In this document: positions 30,401 through 39,580 of the stretch, in pieces
Numbering within the stretch: position 1 is the first letter of the stretch
Layout: each line of letters opens with the position of its first letter
NCBI GenBank assembly: GCA_965198065.1
Contig: CBDAON010000004.1
Location: forward strand, 1,632,001 to 1,696,000
Reading direction: 5' to 3'
Source of the DNA: Longimicrobiales bacterium
Lineage (GTDB): Bacteria > Gemmatimonadota > Gemmatimonadetes > Longimicrobiales > Gaopeijiaceae
Length of the DNA stretch: 64,000 nucleotides
The notes under the pieces: generated by a model
Databases searched by the model: none
The model's input: only the letters and a program-made list of their open reading frames with translations
Told to the model about the DNA's origin: nothing
Program-made: the position numbers and the translations under genes

Positions 30401-30946
30401 TCAGTAATGACAGACCGTGCAGTCTCTCGAGGCCTCCTGCTCCAGGTGGCACCCCACGCACCAGCCCATCGTGAGCGGCTGGTTCACCTCCTGGATTACT
30501 CCGATCTCCGCCACGTTCCCGTGGCACGTCGCGCAGTCGACTCCCGCGGAGATGTGCCTCATGTGCGGAAACTGAACGTGGTCCGGAACCCAATAGATCC
30601 GGTTCCAGGGAATCGGCTCCTGACGCGTCGAGTAGCCCCTCAGGATCTCGATCTGATCCGGGCTCTGCGTGCCCGACACGAACGCGTGGCAACCCATGCA
30701 GGTAGCCACGGGAGGGATCCCGGCATTCTGCGAACGCTCCGCCGAGAAGTGGCAGTACATGCAATCGATCTGGAGATCGCCCGCGTGACGGCTGTGCGGA
30801 AACGCGATCGGCTGGCCCGAAAACAAGATCGGTCCTGTAGTCGCGCTCTCGGCAGGGGGGGTCTGAGGTTCCTGAGTCCGCGCGAAGGCGAGGGACGACG
30901 CGAGCGCAATCCCCGCGACCATCGCAGCGAACCAGTGCATCTTCAT
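30401..30946 (-). CDS. actA: Alternative Complex III subunit A, pentaheme cytochrome c
   Basis: Five CxxCH motifs (CMYCH, CMGCH, CATCH, CVGCH, CTVCH); QPIAFPH; MGWC. Confidence 0.92.
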   Translation of the reverse strand: MKMHWFAAMVAGIALASSLAFARTQEPQTPPAESATTGPILFSGQPIAFPHSRHAGDLQIDCMYCHFSAERSQNAGIPPVATCMGCHAFVSGTQSPDQIEILRGYSTRQEPIPWNRIYWVPDHVQFPHMRHISAGVDCATCHGNVAEIGVIQEVNQPLTMGWCVGCHLEQEASRDCTVCHY

Positions 30947-31009
30947 CGCGACTCGAGCGTGACCGGGAAGGGAGGGATCTGGGGCTCGCCGCACCAAAAC
31001 AGCGGCCGG

Positions 31010-31038
31010 AAGTTAGAGGGCCCTCAACGGGGCGTCAA
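31010..31038 (-). promoter_or_regulatory. Sigma70-type promoter of the act operon
   Basis: Minus strand TTGACG (31038-31033), 17 nt spacer, TAACTT (31015-31010). Confidence 0.6.
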
Positions 31039-31143
31039 CGTGAGCTCGCGGGCGCTCCGACGTTCGCGATCCGAGCTGCCAGACCGCCTGTCCAGGACAG
31101 TGCTCCGGTTGCCCGGTGACCGCCGGGGAGGGCAGATTCCGAC

Positions 31144-31443
31144 ATGCTTGACGAGCCGATCTCATCCCTCGGGGGTGCTCGACCCTCCCCCAGCCGGCAC
31201 CTGGCCACGATCAGTCACGACGGGCGGTTCTGGGACGTGTACCTCGAGTTCGAGGACGACCCCGGCCGACCGGACGCGGGCCGCGCGTTTCTCTTGTACT
31301 CTCCGGCGGATCAAGCGGACGGCGAGACACCGCTCCGCACGACTGCCGTGATCGTCGAGCCGTCGTACGAAGAGGCGGTCCGGAAGGCTCGGGAGATGGA
31401 GGACCATCAGTTGGTAGCCTTCCTCCGGTCCCTTCTCCCCTGA
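31144..31443 (+). CDS. Hypothetical protein (99 aa)
   Basis: Protein-like composition (HLATISHDGRFWDVYLEF…LRSLLP); fills the gap between operons. Confidence 0.7.
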   Translation: MLDEPISSLGGARPSPSRHLATISHDGRFWDVYLEFEDDPGRPDAGRAFLLYSPADQADGETPLRTTAVIVEPSYEEAVRKAREMEDHQLVAFLRSLLP

Positions 31444-31576
31444 CCTTCCTCCCCGACCGTCTCGCCCCCGGGAGGGATCTCCCGACCGGATTCGGGGGTT
31501 TCATGTGTTCGCACCTATTTTTGCCGTCACTCGCCCTGTTCCACCTCCTGCGACAACAAGCCGAAGAGGAGCCCGG

Positions 31577-31768
31577 ATGGCCATCTTTCGGACCCGCTAC
31601 TACAGCGACGTAACGGTCGGTGTCGGTGGAAGGATCACCATCCCGCAGGACATGAGGGACGACCTCGGGATCGAGGAAGGAGACATCCTGACCGTACGGG
31701 TGGAGGAGAACTCGCTGGGGACCCGACAAATGGTGATGTGGCGCTCCGAGCAGCAGCCCGAGGACTGA
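31577..31768 (+). CDS. AbrB/MazE/SpoVT-family DNA-binding protein
   Basis: VGVGGRITIPQDMRDDLGIEEGDIL swapped-hairpin signature; GAGGAG RBS. Confidence 0.88.
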   Translation: MAIFRTRYYSDVTVGVGGRITIPQDMRDDLGIEEGDILTVRVEENSLGTRQMVMWRSEQQPED

Positions 31769-31781
31769 CCCCCGCCACGAC

Positions 31782-33200
31782 CTACGATTCGATCCCGGTC
31801 CAGCGAACGAGGGAAAGGAGCGGGCCCGTTCCGTCGTGGCGCCACCACGGCGGGGGCCAGGGCTGGTCTACGAAAGTTGTGATCCTCGTAACTCCCGATG
31901 CGACAAGACTTTCTGCTATCCGGTCTACAGTTCTTTCTCCTCCTGCGACGGCGAAGGTCTGAAGCAGGGGCTGGAAGGCCGGGAGGATGTGTTCGAGCCG
32001 CTCCAGGCTCGAGAGCGGCCGCACCCGAACCGTCCGGCCCAGGCAGGGGGGGAAAGGGCCGGGGTCCGTGTCGAAGAGCACCGTGCACCGGGCCCCGTCC
32101 TCGGTGATGAGCTCGTCTTCTGTTCCCGAGGCGCGCCGGAGCTCGGCGGTTCCGCGGAGCTGATGGATTCGGGAGGCGATGGCCGGGTCGGGTGGCCCCT
32201 GCGGGAGGGTCCGCTCGAGCTCCGCCAGCGCCTTCGCCAGTGCCCTCGCCCAGGCCCGTGGCGTCACGCTTCCCCCCTCCTCGACCCAGACGACCTGCGG
32301 GGACACGCAGCCTCGCTGGTCGAACATGGCCACGGCCCGGGCCGCTTCTTCCGCGACGAGGAGCGTTCCAGCCTCCGTGCTGAGCGCCTCCCGACCCACG
32401 GCGCCCATGGACATCCGGTGAGGATAGACCAGGAGCGGTGTGGCCGCTGGAACACACTGCTGGAGTCGGGCCAGAGCGTCCGGCCCGCCGTACGCGACGA
32501 CCTGCTCGGCCGCGCGAAGTGCGGCCTCCTCAAGAGCTGACCCGACGCCTCCGGGCCAGTAGACCACAGCCACTGCGGCCGCGAGCGTCTCGTCTGCCTC
32601 TGCGACCGCACGCGCGAGGAGGCACGAGAGGACCACGTCACCCAATCCCGGCTTGAGGAGCACTGGGGTCTTCACGAGAAGGGAGCGGAGGAGAGAGGTT
32701 GCGCCTACCCCGGGCACGTTTCCCGCGCCGATGTGAGAGGCCAGCCGGAAGCCTACGGCGCGGACGCGGCCGCCCGCCGGCGCTGGGCGGAAGCCGTCGA
32801 GAACGGCCGGATCCGGGAAATCGGCCGTGAGGAGGGAGGCCAGCCGCCCGGGGGTCCAATCCCGGGCCATCCCCCGGATCACCTCGTGGGCCATCGCCTC
32901 AGAGAGCCGCGCCTCCGTCGGGAGCCTGGACCTCGCCTCTCGGGTCAGAGGATCGCCGTCGTCCAGAAACCTCTCCCCGGCGCGTCCGAGAAGCTCCACC
33001 AGCTGCCGGACCGGCCTCGAGCGCAGCCCCCGAGCCGCGGCCCTGAGGGATCGCAACAGATCGTCCGCACGTCCGGCGGAAAAGTCCGCTATTTGAAGCC
33101 GATCGCCGTCGACGCCCGAGCTCACCCCGGCCTCCGGGTGCTCGTACGTGCGCTCTGGGGCAAAGCCCGGCGGCAGCTGGTACGCCGGGAAAGCGCTCAC
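31782..33200 (-). CDS. LuxC-like acyl-CoA / acyl-protein reductase
   Basis: HIGAGNVPG, LLKPG, VAYGG, catalytic FDQRGCVSPQ. Confidence 0.85.
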   Translation of the reverse strand: MSAFPAYQLPPGFAPERTYEHPEAGVSSGVDGDRLQIADFSAGRADDLLRSLRAAARGLRSRPVRQLVELLGRAGERFLDDGDPLTREARSRLPTEARLSEAMAHEVIRGMARDWTPGRLASLLTADFPDPAVLDGFRPAPAGGRVRAVGFRLASHIGAGNVPGVGATSLLRSLLVKTPVLLKPGLGDVVLSCLLARAVAEADETLAAAVAVVYWPGGVGSALEEAALRAAEQVVAYGGPDALARLQQCVPAATPLLVYPHRMSMGAVGREALSTEAGTLLVAEEAARAVAMFDQRGCVSPQVVWVEEGGSVTPRAWARALAKALAELERTLPQGPPDPAIASRIHQLRGTAELRRASGTEDELITEDGARCTVLFDTDPGPFPPCLGRTVRVRPLSSLERLEHILPAFQPLLQTFAVAGGERTVDRIAESLVASGVTRITTFVDQPWPPPWWRHDGTGPLLSLVRWTGIES

Positions 33201-34408
33201 CGGACCCCGCCGGAGTCCGCCTCGCTGGCCGTCAGGAGCTCCTCGACAGCGAGGGAGCAGCCCCGCGGCTCTGCCCCCTGGAGGCGGCCCAGGACGCGGA
33301 AGCCTCCCGGCACGACCATCCCCTCATCCTCGGTGAGGAGCGCCGACACGGAATCCAGGTTGGCGAGGTCCATGTGACAGAGGAGGCCCGGCTCACCGGC
33401 CGAGACATCGTCCAGTGTGACCGGATCGAGCACTCGGGTGCGGACCCAGGGGGGCCCCTGGAAGGCCCGGGGCGGGGCGGGGATCCGGTCCACGCCCGAG
33501 TTCGCGTGTGCCGGAGCCGGCTCGGCCCGGGGGGCGGCCGCCCCTTCCCTCAGGACTGCCTCGTAGAACTGGGAGAGCATTTCCGTCATCCCGTACTCCG
33601 ACACGACCCGATGTAAAGGCACACCGATTGCGGCCTCGACGGCCGCATAGAGCTCTCCCTTCGCGACCGATCGGATCCGCCCCTTGTACCCGCCCGTCTC
33701 CATTACGAGAGAGCCCTCGGGAAGAGGGGGGAGGGTCGGAGCCGAATTCCGGTCCAGCCACTCGAGGAGGGAGAAGGCGGTGGCGAGCACGAGGACCGGA
33801 GCGTCCCCCCTCGAGGCCTCGACGAGGGCGCGCACCCAGGCCTCGGTACGAACCGACCAGCTCGCGTCGGCGAAGAACCCTCCCGATCCGTCGTCCCACT
33901 TGTCCATAAGCACGCCGGCCATGTGACAGAGCGACGAATCGGAAAGCTCCTCCGGAGACGGCAGCAGGGCGAGCACGCGGATCGCGCGACGGGGGGGAGG
34001 CGCCCCACCCTCCACCGCGTCGAGCTCGGGTCTCAGGTACCACGCTGCGGTGGCAAGAAGGGAGGCGCGATAGAGGGAGAGGTCGCGGACGCGGAGCTCG
34101 CCCCGGCGGTCGGCTCGAGTCGTGCCGCTCGTTCGAAACACGGCCTCGACGGGGCCCGGCGAGACGAGGTTCTCCGGCATCTCCTCGAACGCGCGTACGG
34201 GCACCGGCGGAACGTCCTGCCAGTCGAGGAGGTTCGCCGGATCGAGCCCTCGACCCCGCACGAAGCGGCTGTACACCGGGTTCGCTTGCTCTTGGTACCG
34301 GAACACCTCGAGGGCAAGACGGTTGAACTCTCCTTCCTCCCACCGCCGTCCGGCTCCGAGCCGGAACGCTCGGAGAAGAGCGTCCCGGAGGTGGGGGCGG
34401 TCCGTCAC
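33197..34408 (-). CDS. LuxE-like acyl-protein synthetase
   Basis: FRTSGTT, METGGYKG, EYGMTEMLSQFY, DLAN, C-terminal VLGR…EPRGCS. Confidence 0.87.
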   Translation of the reverse strand: MTDRPHLRDALLRAFRLGAGRRWEEGEFNRLALEVFRYQEQANPVYSRFVRGRGLDPANLLDWQDVPPVPVRAFEEMPENLVSPGPVEAVFRTSGTTRADRRGELRVRDLSLYRASLLATAAWYLRPELDAVEGGAPPPRRAIRVLALLPSPEELSDSSLCHMAGVLMDKWDDGSGGFFADASWSVRTEAWVRALVEASRGDAPVLVLATAFSLLEWLDRNSAPTLPPLPEGSLVMETGGYKGRIRSVAKGELYAAVEAAIGVPLHRVVSEYGMTEMLSQFYEAVLREGAAAPRAEPAPAHANSGVDRIPAPPRAFQGPPWVRTRVLDPVTLDDVSAGEPGLLCHMDLANLDSVSALLTEDEGMVVPGGFRVLGRLQGAEPRGCSLAVEELLTASEADSGGVR

Positions 34409-34671
34409 CCCGACGAGGAGCGACGCACCCGTCCCGGCTCCAGCCCTCCGGCGGTCAGGATCTTGTCCTCGAGGCGGCGTCCCTCAGAGTCGGCGAAGTC
34501 GATGAGCGCCTGGAGCAACGCCTCCGACGCGGCATACTCGTCGCCCGGAAAGTCGCCTCCCTCGGCGTGGCGGATCGCGCCAGCGAGGAGCTCGAGCTCG
34601 CGTGCGCTCTTCTCGAGAGCTCGCCTGAGGCGGGCGAGCGCTCGTCGCACTTCGGATTCCGGGGTGCTCAA
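34405..34671 (-). CDS. Small helical hypothetical protein, first gene of the luxE/luxC-like operon
   Basis: Its stop overlaps the luxE-like GTG start (GTGA). Helical sequence ESEVRRALARLRRALEKS. TTG 34671 or ATG 34728 are possible starts. Confidence 0.7.
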   Translation of the reverse strand: MSTPESEVRRALARLRRALEKSARELELLAGAIRHAEGGDFPGDEYAASEALLQALIDFADSEGRRLEDKILTAGGLEPGRVRRSSSG

Positions 34672-34906
34672 TCTCTCTCGTTTGGTTGGGGCTCGTCCCC
34701 TTGGGGCGCGTCTGTGTCGAGTTTCCATTTGGCGCCGCCTGCGCGTCGAGCGTCCTCCGGGCCCGCTGCGGCACTACGTGGAAGGGTGCCGCGGCAGGAC
34801 GTGCGGAGCAATGGGTGGGTGATCACGGTCGGGCGGTCATATCGGTTGGACCCGCGCAGATCCGGCCGCGGGAACCGGTGGTGCGGTCCGGGGTGACGGA
34901 AAGCCC

Positions 34907-35965
34907 ATGTCCGATCCCACTCCCGAAACCGATTCGACGGTGTCCGGCACGGATGAGCCGCTCGACATCGCGATCGTGGGAGCCGGTCCGTGCGGACTGG
35001 CCGTCGGAGCGGCCGCCAGGAAGGCCGGTCTCCGCGCCGTCCTCTTCGACAAAGGGCCGCTCTGTGCCTCGCTGGTCGGTTACCCTCCGTTCACGACGTT
35101 CTTCTCGACCGCCGAAAAGCTCGAGGTCGAGGGGCTTCCGTTCGTCTCCAACGCGAACAACCCTACGCGAAGGGAGGCGCTCACCTATTACCGCGGGGTC
35201 GCGCGGTACTTCGAGCTGTCCGTGCGACAATACGAAGCGGTTGAACGGGTGGAGCGGAAGGGGAGAGGGTTCACGATCCACACACGGCAGCGGGACGCTA
35301 GTGCGCGAGCAACGCGAGAGGCTCGGGCCGTGGCCGTGGCTACGGGCGGATTCCACGAGCCGAACCTCCTGGGTGTGCCCGGCGAGGACCTCCCCAAGGT
35401 CTCGCACTATTACCGGGAAGCCCACCCCTATTGGAACGAGAACGTCGTGATCGTCGGCGGGGGCAACTCCGCGGTCGAGGCCGGCCTGGAGCTGTTTCGG
35501 GTCGGAGCGAGGGTCACGCTCGTCCACTTCGGGGAGGGTCTGGACGCCGGCGTGAAGCCGTGGCTCCTGCCCGACATCCGGAACCGAGTCGAAAACGGCG
35601 AGATCGCGGTCCGATGGCGGACGCGCGTGGCCGAGATCCGCCCTGGGTCGGTGGTCCTCCGGCAGGAGGGCGAGGCCGGGCCCGACGAGATCCAGAACGA
35701 CTGGGTGCTGGCCCTGACCGGCTGGAAGCCGGACCACTCCCTGCTCCTCTCCGCGGGTGTTCCGGTGGAGCCTGAGACCGGCGTGCCAGAACACGACCCC
35801 GAGACGATGGAGACGCCCGTTCCGGGCATCTTCATTGCCGGCGTGCTGGCGGCGGGCTACGACGCGAACAAGATCTTCATCGAGAACGGCCGGTTCCACG
35901 GGGGAAGAATCGTGGAGCGGATCCGGGCGCGCTCCACTCAGGGCAGGGGTGGGGCGACGCCCTGA
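34907..35965 (+). CDS. ypdA: YpdA-family FAD/NADPH disulfide reductase (bacillithiol-disulfide reductase-like)
   Basis: GAGPCGL, FFSTAEKLE, EALTYYR, GGGNSA, IFIENGRFHG. Confidence 0.9.
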   Translation: MSDPTPETDSTVSGTDEPLDIAIVGAGPCGLAVGAAARKAGLRAVLFDKGPLCASLVGYPPFTTFFSTAEKLEVEGLPFVSNANNPTRREALTYYRGVARYFELSVRQYEAVERVERKGRGFTIHTRQRDASARATREARAVAVATGGFHEPNLLGVPGEDLPKVSHYYREAHPYWNENVVIVGGGNSAVEAGLELFRVGARVTLVHFGEGLDAGVKPWLLPDIRNRVENGEIAVRWRTRVAEIRPGSVVLRQEGEAGPDEIQNDWVLALTGWKPDHSLLLSAGVPVEPETGVPEHDPETMETPVPGIFIAGVLAAGYDANKIFIENGRFHGGRIVERIRARSTQGRGGATP

Positions 35966-37290
35966 CCCTCCAGGAGCGGACCAAGGATCCAGATCACGAC
36001 CTGGAAGTAGATGATGAGCCCGAGCACGTCCATCACAGTCGTGATCCCGGGAGACGATGCGAGCGCCGGATCGAAGCCGAGCCTCCGGAGGAGGAAGGGC
36101 ATGCTGGCCCCCACCAGGTTAGCGGTGAGGGAAATGAGGACCATGGTGACGCCGAGGGCCACCGCGATGCGCGGCTCCTCGGTGTGGAAGACGAGCACGT
36201 ATGCCGTGATGAAGGCTCCGAACGCAGCGCCGAGCAGGATGCCCGTGCGGAGCTCCTTCCAGAACACGCGGACGTAGTCTGCCAGCTCCAGCTCCCGGGT
36301 GGCGAGCGCGCGAACGACGAGCGTCGCCACCTGGGCTCCGACGTTCCCGCCGGTTCCGATGAGGAGGGGGATGAAGGCCGCGAGAATCACGACCTCCTCG
36401 ATGATCTGATCGTAACGGGAGATGACGTTGTAGGTGAGCGTCATCGAGACGACCAGGAGGATGAGCCAGGACGCGCGCTTGCGGAAGAGCACCCACGGAT
36501 TCGCGTGCACGTAATCGATGTCCACCGGGGCCGCGCCCAGGCGGTGGATGTCCTCCGTGGCCTCCTCCTCCACGACGTCCAGCACGTCGTCTACCGTGAC
36601 GATCCCCTTGAGCTGCCCTTCCGCTCCGAGGACGGGGAGCACGGAGAAGTCGTAGTCCGCCATCGTGCGGGCGACTTTCTCCTGATCCGTGTCGGTGCTG
36701 ACGCTCACGACGTCCGGATTCATGATCTCCTCCACCCGCACATCCGGTGGGCACACGATGAGCTCCCGGAGCGAGATCACCCCCCGCAGCCGATCCGACA
36801 CGTCCACCACGTACAGGTAGTAGATCGTCTCTGCGTCGGGGGCGGCTTTTCGGAGAAAGGCCAGCACCTGCTCCGCCGTCATGGACGCTCTCACGGAGAT
36901 GAACTCGGGCGTCATGATTCCGCCCGCTTCCTTCCCGTGGTATCTGGAGAGCGAGGCGGCCACGGCCAGCGTCTCGGGGTCCAGGACCGCGTCGGCGAGG
37001 TCGTCGGGGCTCAGCTCCTCGAGGACGTCGCCTAGCCGGGGCACCGGAAGCGATTGGACCACGATCGGCTGCTCGTCCGGGGACAGGTTCGAGAAGACCT
37101 CGGCCGCCTTGTCGGGACTGAGGGCGCGGAAGACGGCCTTCCTCTGCTCGAGGAGCAGTTCCGACCAGACGTCCAGGAGCTCCTGCGCGCGCACGTCCTG
37201 GAGCAGGCTTCCGAGAACCACGGGGTCGGCGCTCCCGAGAGCGCCCCGGAGATCCTCTGGGAGATCTGGGGTCGCGGCGGACGGAGCCAT
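35938..37290 (-). CDS. mgtE: Magnesium transporter MgtE
   Basis: MgtE N domain, CBS pair (AGGIMT, GIVTVDD), GTGGNVGAQ, DPALASSP…MD. Confidence 0.93.
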   Translation of the reverse strand: MAPSAATPDLPEDLRGALGSADPVVLGSLLQDVRAQELLDVWSELLLEQRKAVFRALSPDKAAEVFSNLSPDEQPIVVQSLPVPRLGDVLEELSPDDLADAVLDPETLAVAASLSRYHGKEAGGIMTPEFISVRASMTAEQVLAFLRKAAPDAETIYYLYVVDVSDRLRGVISLRELIVCPPDVRVEEIMNPDVVSVSTDTDQEKVARTMADYDFSVLPVLGAEGQLKGIVTVDDVLDVVEEEATEDIHRLGAAPVDIDYVHANPWVLFRKRASWLILLVVSMTLTYNVISRYDQIIEEVVILAAFIPLLIGTGGNVGAQVATLVVRALATRELELADYVRVFWKELRTGILLGAAFGAFITAYVLVFHTEEPRIAVALGVTMVLISLTANLVGASMPFLLRRLGFDPALASSPGITTVMDVLGLIIYFQVVIWILGPLLEGQGVAPPLP

Positions 37291-37373
37291 CTGAGTGGCC
37301 TGGAAGCCTCGGCGTGGTCGGGCGGCGACGACCGCGGAGGGGCCTTGAGAAGCGGCGGCGTGCTACGGACGGG

Positions 37374-38441
37374 TCAAGGATAGAAGGACGGATCGCCCTC
37401 CACCAGCACCCACCCGGAGCCGTCGATCGCCCTGAGCCCCACGTCGGGGCCGCCCGGCGACCCCGCGCGGAGCGTGGCCCGTGGCCCGACCTCTCGCCGC
37501 ACGTATCCAAGCCCGATCGCCTGGCCGAACCCGGGTGATCGGACGGCCGAGCGGACCTCCCCCGCCGGCTGCTCGCCTTCGTGATGGTACAGCGGCGTGC
37601 CCCGCGGGGGCGGCGGACCGGCGCCGAACAGGAGGCCCCGTAGATGGCGGTTCACGTGCCCGCGATCGCGGATGCGAACGAGGACTTCCTGGCCCGTGAA
37701 GCACCCCTTTTCGTAGTCGACGGTGCGGGCCTCGATCCCCGCCTCCCGCGGGAGCGTGTCTCCATCCATCTCCACCCCGAACGCGGGTCTCCCTCTTTCG
37801 ACCCGGAGGATCTCCCAAAGGTCGGCCGAGCCTTCGGGCACTCCCAGGCCGCGGACCGTCGCCACGAGAGAAGCGAGCCGGGTCCCGCCGCCGATGAGAT
37901 CGAAGGCCGGCGGCGTGACCTCTCCGCTTCGCACGACGAGGAGGTCCGGGGGCCCGTCTCCACCATGCCACAAGGCGTCTCCCTCCTCCATGTCGTCGAG
38001 TTCCGCAACCGTCGCCCACGGCAGCGTGGCGGCGAGAAGCTCGGCGGAGGCCGGGCCCACGACCGAGACGGCGGCGAGAGGCTCCTCGGGTGGGACGACC
38101 CTCGCGAGGCGGGGGGGGAGGTATCGGCGGAAGTGGTCGAGCGCGGCCTCTGCCCCCGCCTCCGGCAACTCGAGGAGAAGCGCTCCCTCCTCCGTTTGCT
38201 CGAGTCGGGCGACTCTCGAATCACTCAGGAAACGGCCCTTCGGGGTGAGGATCCCGGACGAGGGCATGCGGCCACGTCGGCCGCCCCCCGGGGTGGGGCG
38301 GCCGGCCGGGGGCATGGATCCCGACAGGATTCCAGTGAGCATCGCCTCTGGCGATCGTCCCACGACCTCGTAAAAGCGCAGCCCCGGACGGCGGATCAGG
38401 GCGACGCTTCCCGCTGCCGCTTCGTAACTGTCAGGAGCCAC
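37374..38441 (-). CDS. ygfZ: YgfZ/GcvT-family folate-binding protein
   Basis: LTPKGR and the KGCFTGQE signature. Confidence 0.85.
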   Translation of the reverse strand: MAPDSYEAAAGSVALIRRPGLRFYEVVGRSPEAMLTGILSGSMPPAGRPTPGGGRRGRMPSSGILTPKGRFLSDSRVARLEQTEEGALLLELPEAGAEAALDHFRRYLPPRLARVVPPEEPLAAVSVVGPASAELLAATLPWATVAELDDMEEGDALWHGGDGPPDLLVVRSGEVTPPAFDLIGGGTRLASLVATVRGLGVPEGSADLWEILRVERGRPAFGVEMDGDTLPREAGIEARTVDYEKGCFTGQEVLVRIRDRGHVNRHLRGLLFGAGPPPPRGTPLYHHEGEQPAGEVRSAVRSPGFGQAIGLGYVRREVGPRATLRAGSPGGPDVGLRAIDGSGWVLVEGDPSFYP

Positions 38442-39276
38442 GATCCTCCTCGGTGCCCCGGAGCGTGGCTACGAGTGTCCGGATCCGATCCGCGTCCGGT
38501 GCCTCGGGCGCGTAGCCCAGGTACCACTCGAGCTGCTGGATCGCCTCCTCAGCCCGGCCGAGCCTGGCGAGTAGCGTTCCCCGATCGCGGATCTCCCCGG
38601 CCGCCGTGGGATGGATGAGCAGGATGCGCTCGACGGCCGCGAGGGCTCGGGCGTGATCGTGCACGTTCAGGAAGATGCCCTTCAGGTTAGTGAGGAGCCG
38701 TACTAGAATGTCCCGCTTTCCGGCGGCTCTGAGAAAAGAGGGCCGGAGTCCCACCATGCCCCCGTACACGCGGTCGAGCAGCTCTTGCGCGTCGCCCTCG
38801 AATCGGATCCTTCCACCGTCGAAGGGATCCACGAGAAGGCGGGCCTCCTCACCCACGAAACGCACGAGGAAATGCCCCGGGAAGCTCACACCCTCGAGGG
38901 AGAGCCCGAGCCGCCAACCGACTTCGAGGAGCACGATCCCGAGCGTGAGCGGGATGCCCGTCCGACGGTCTAGAACGTCGGACAGATAGGAGTTTCGGGG
39001 GTCGTAGTACGCATCCCGATTCCCTCGGAATCCGTTGCGACCGCAGACCGTGGCCAGAAGCTCCTCGAGGACCACGAGCGGCGCGTTCTCGCTACCCAGA
39101 AGGTTCCTGACTTCCTCGGCGAGCTGATCGAGCCGCGTCAGGTATCGGTCCACGGGAAGCTGCACGTACTCCTCCCGCGCGATCAGTAGGGCGGCCCTGG
39201 CGAGGTCCAGGCTCCCCTCCGGCCGCGAAGCCTCGCGACCGAACTCGAACCTCGGAGACGGAATCGGAAGGCTCAC
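38431..39276 (-). CDS. SirB1/transglutaminase-like protein with C-terminal TPR
   Basis: FRGNRDAYYDPRNSYL, GIPLTL, FPGHFLV, DPFDGG, RDRG TPR. Confidence 0.88.
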   Translation of the reverse strand: MSLPIPSPRFEFGREASRPEGSLDLARAALLIAREEYVQLPVDRYLTRLDQLAEEVRNLLGSENAPLVVLEELLATVCGRNGFRGNRDAYYDPRNSYLSDVLDRRTGIPLTLGIVLLEVGWRLGLSLEGVSFPGHFLVRFVGEEARLLVDPFDGGRIRFEGDAQELLDRVYGGMVGLRPSFLRAAGKRDILVRLLTNLKGIFLNVHDHARALAAVERILLIHPTAAGEIRDRGTLLARLGRAEEAIQQLEWYLGYAPEAPDADRIRTLVATLRGTEEDRGS

Positions 39277-39400
39277 GGTAACTCGTCCCGGCGGTGTCTG
39301 GCGCTGCGTCGATCGACCCATAGGTACACGGGGGTCGCCATCCCTGTTTCCCCTGGGGGAGGTACGAAGCTGTTGCCAAGCGCGCGGGCGGCAACATAAG

Positions 39401-39505
39401 CTTTCTCGCCTGAGCCACGGAATGTCGAGTTGGGTGCACGAGGGCCGGCAGCACGTTGTCGTGCAGACGGGGAGGGGGCTCGTGGCGTACGCCCTTCCCA
39501 ACTGA
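39401..39505 (+). pseudogene. Probable 3' remnant of a PQQ-dependent dehydrogenase (beta-propeller) gene
   Basis: HGMSSWVHEGRQHVVVQTGRGLVAYALPN* resembles the terminal blade motif (M.Y..dGrQyivv…lvayalp). There is no upstream body. Confidence 0.5.
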
Positions 39506-39534
39506 CGCGGGTCTGACGCGTCGGTAGCGGGCAA

Positions 39535-39573
39535 ACGCGGCCCCTGGGATTCCCGGGGGCCGCGTCGTCTTTT
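39535..39573 (+). terminator. Intrinsic terminator-like hairpin
   Basis: ACGCGGCCCC…GGGGCCGCGT stem followed by CGTCTTTT. Confidence 0.6.
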
Positions 39574-39580
39574 CGCGGCA

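Noticed and set aside
31577..31768. Type II toxin-antitoxin pair
   Set aside because: No PIN, MazF or other toxin ORF follows the AbrB-fold gene.
34730..34906. Structured RNA between the luxE-like operon and ypdA
   Set aside because: A GC-rich stem (GCTGCGGCAC…GTGCCGCGGC) is present, but there is no terminator, promoter or family motif to separate it from chance folding.
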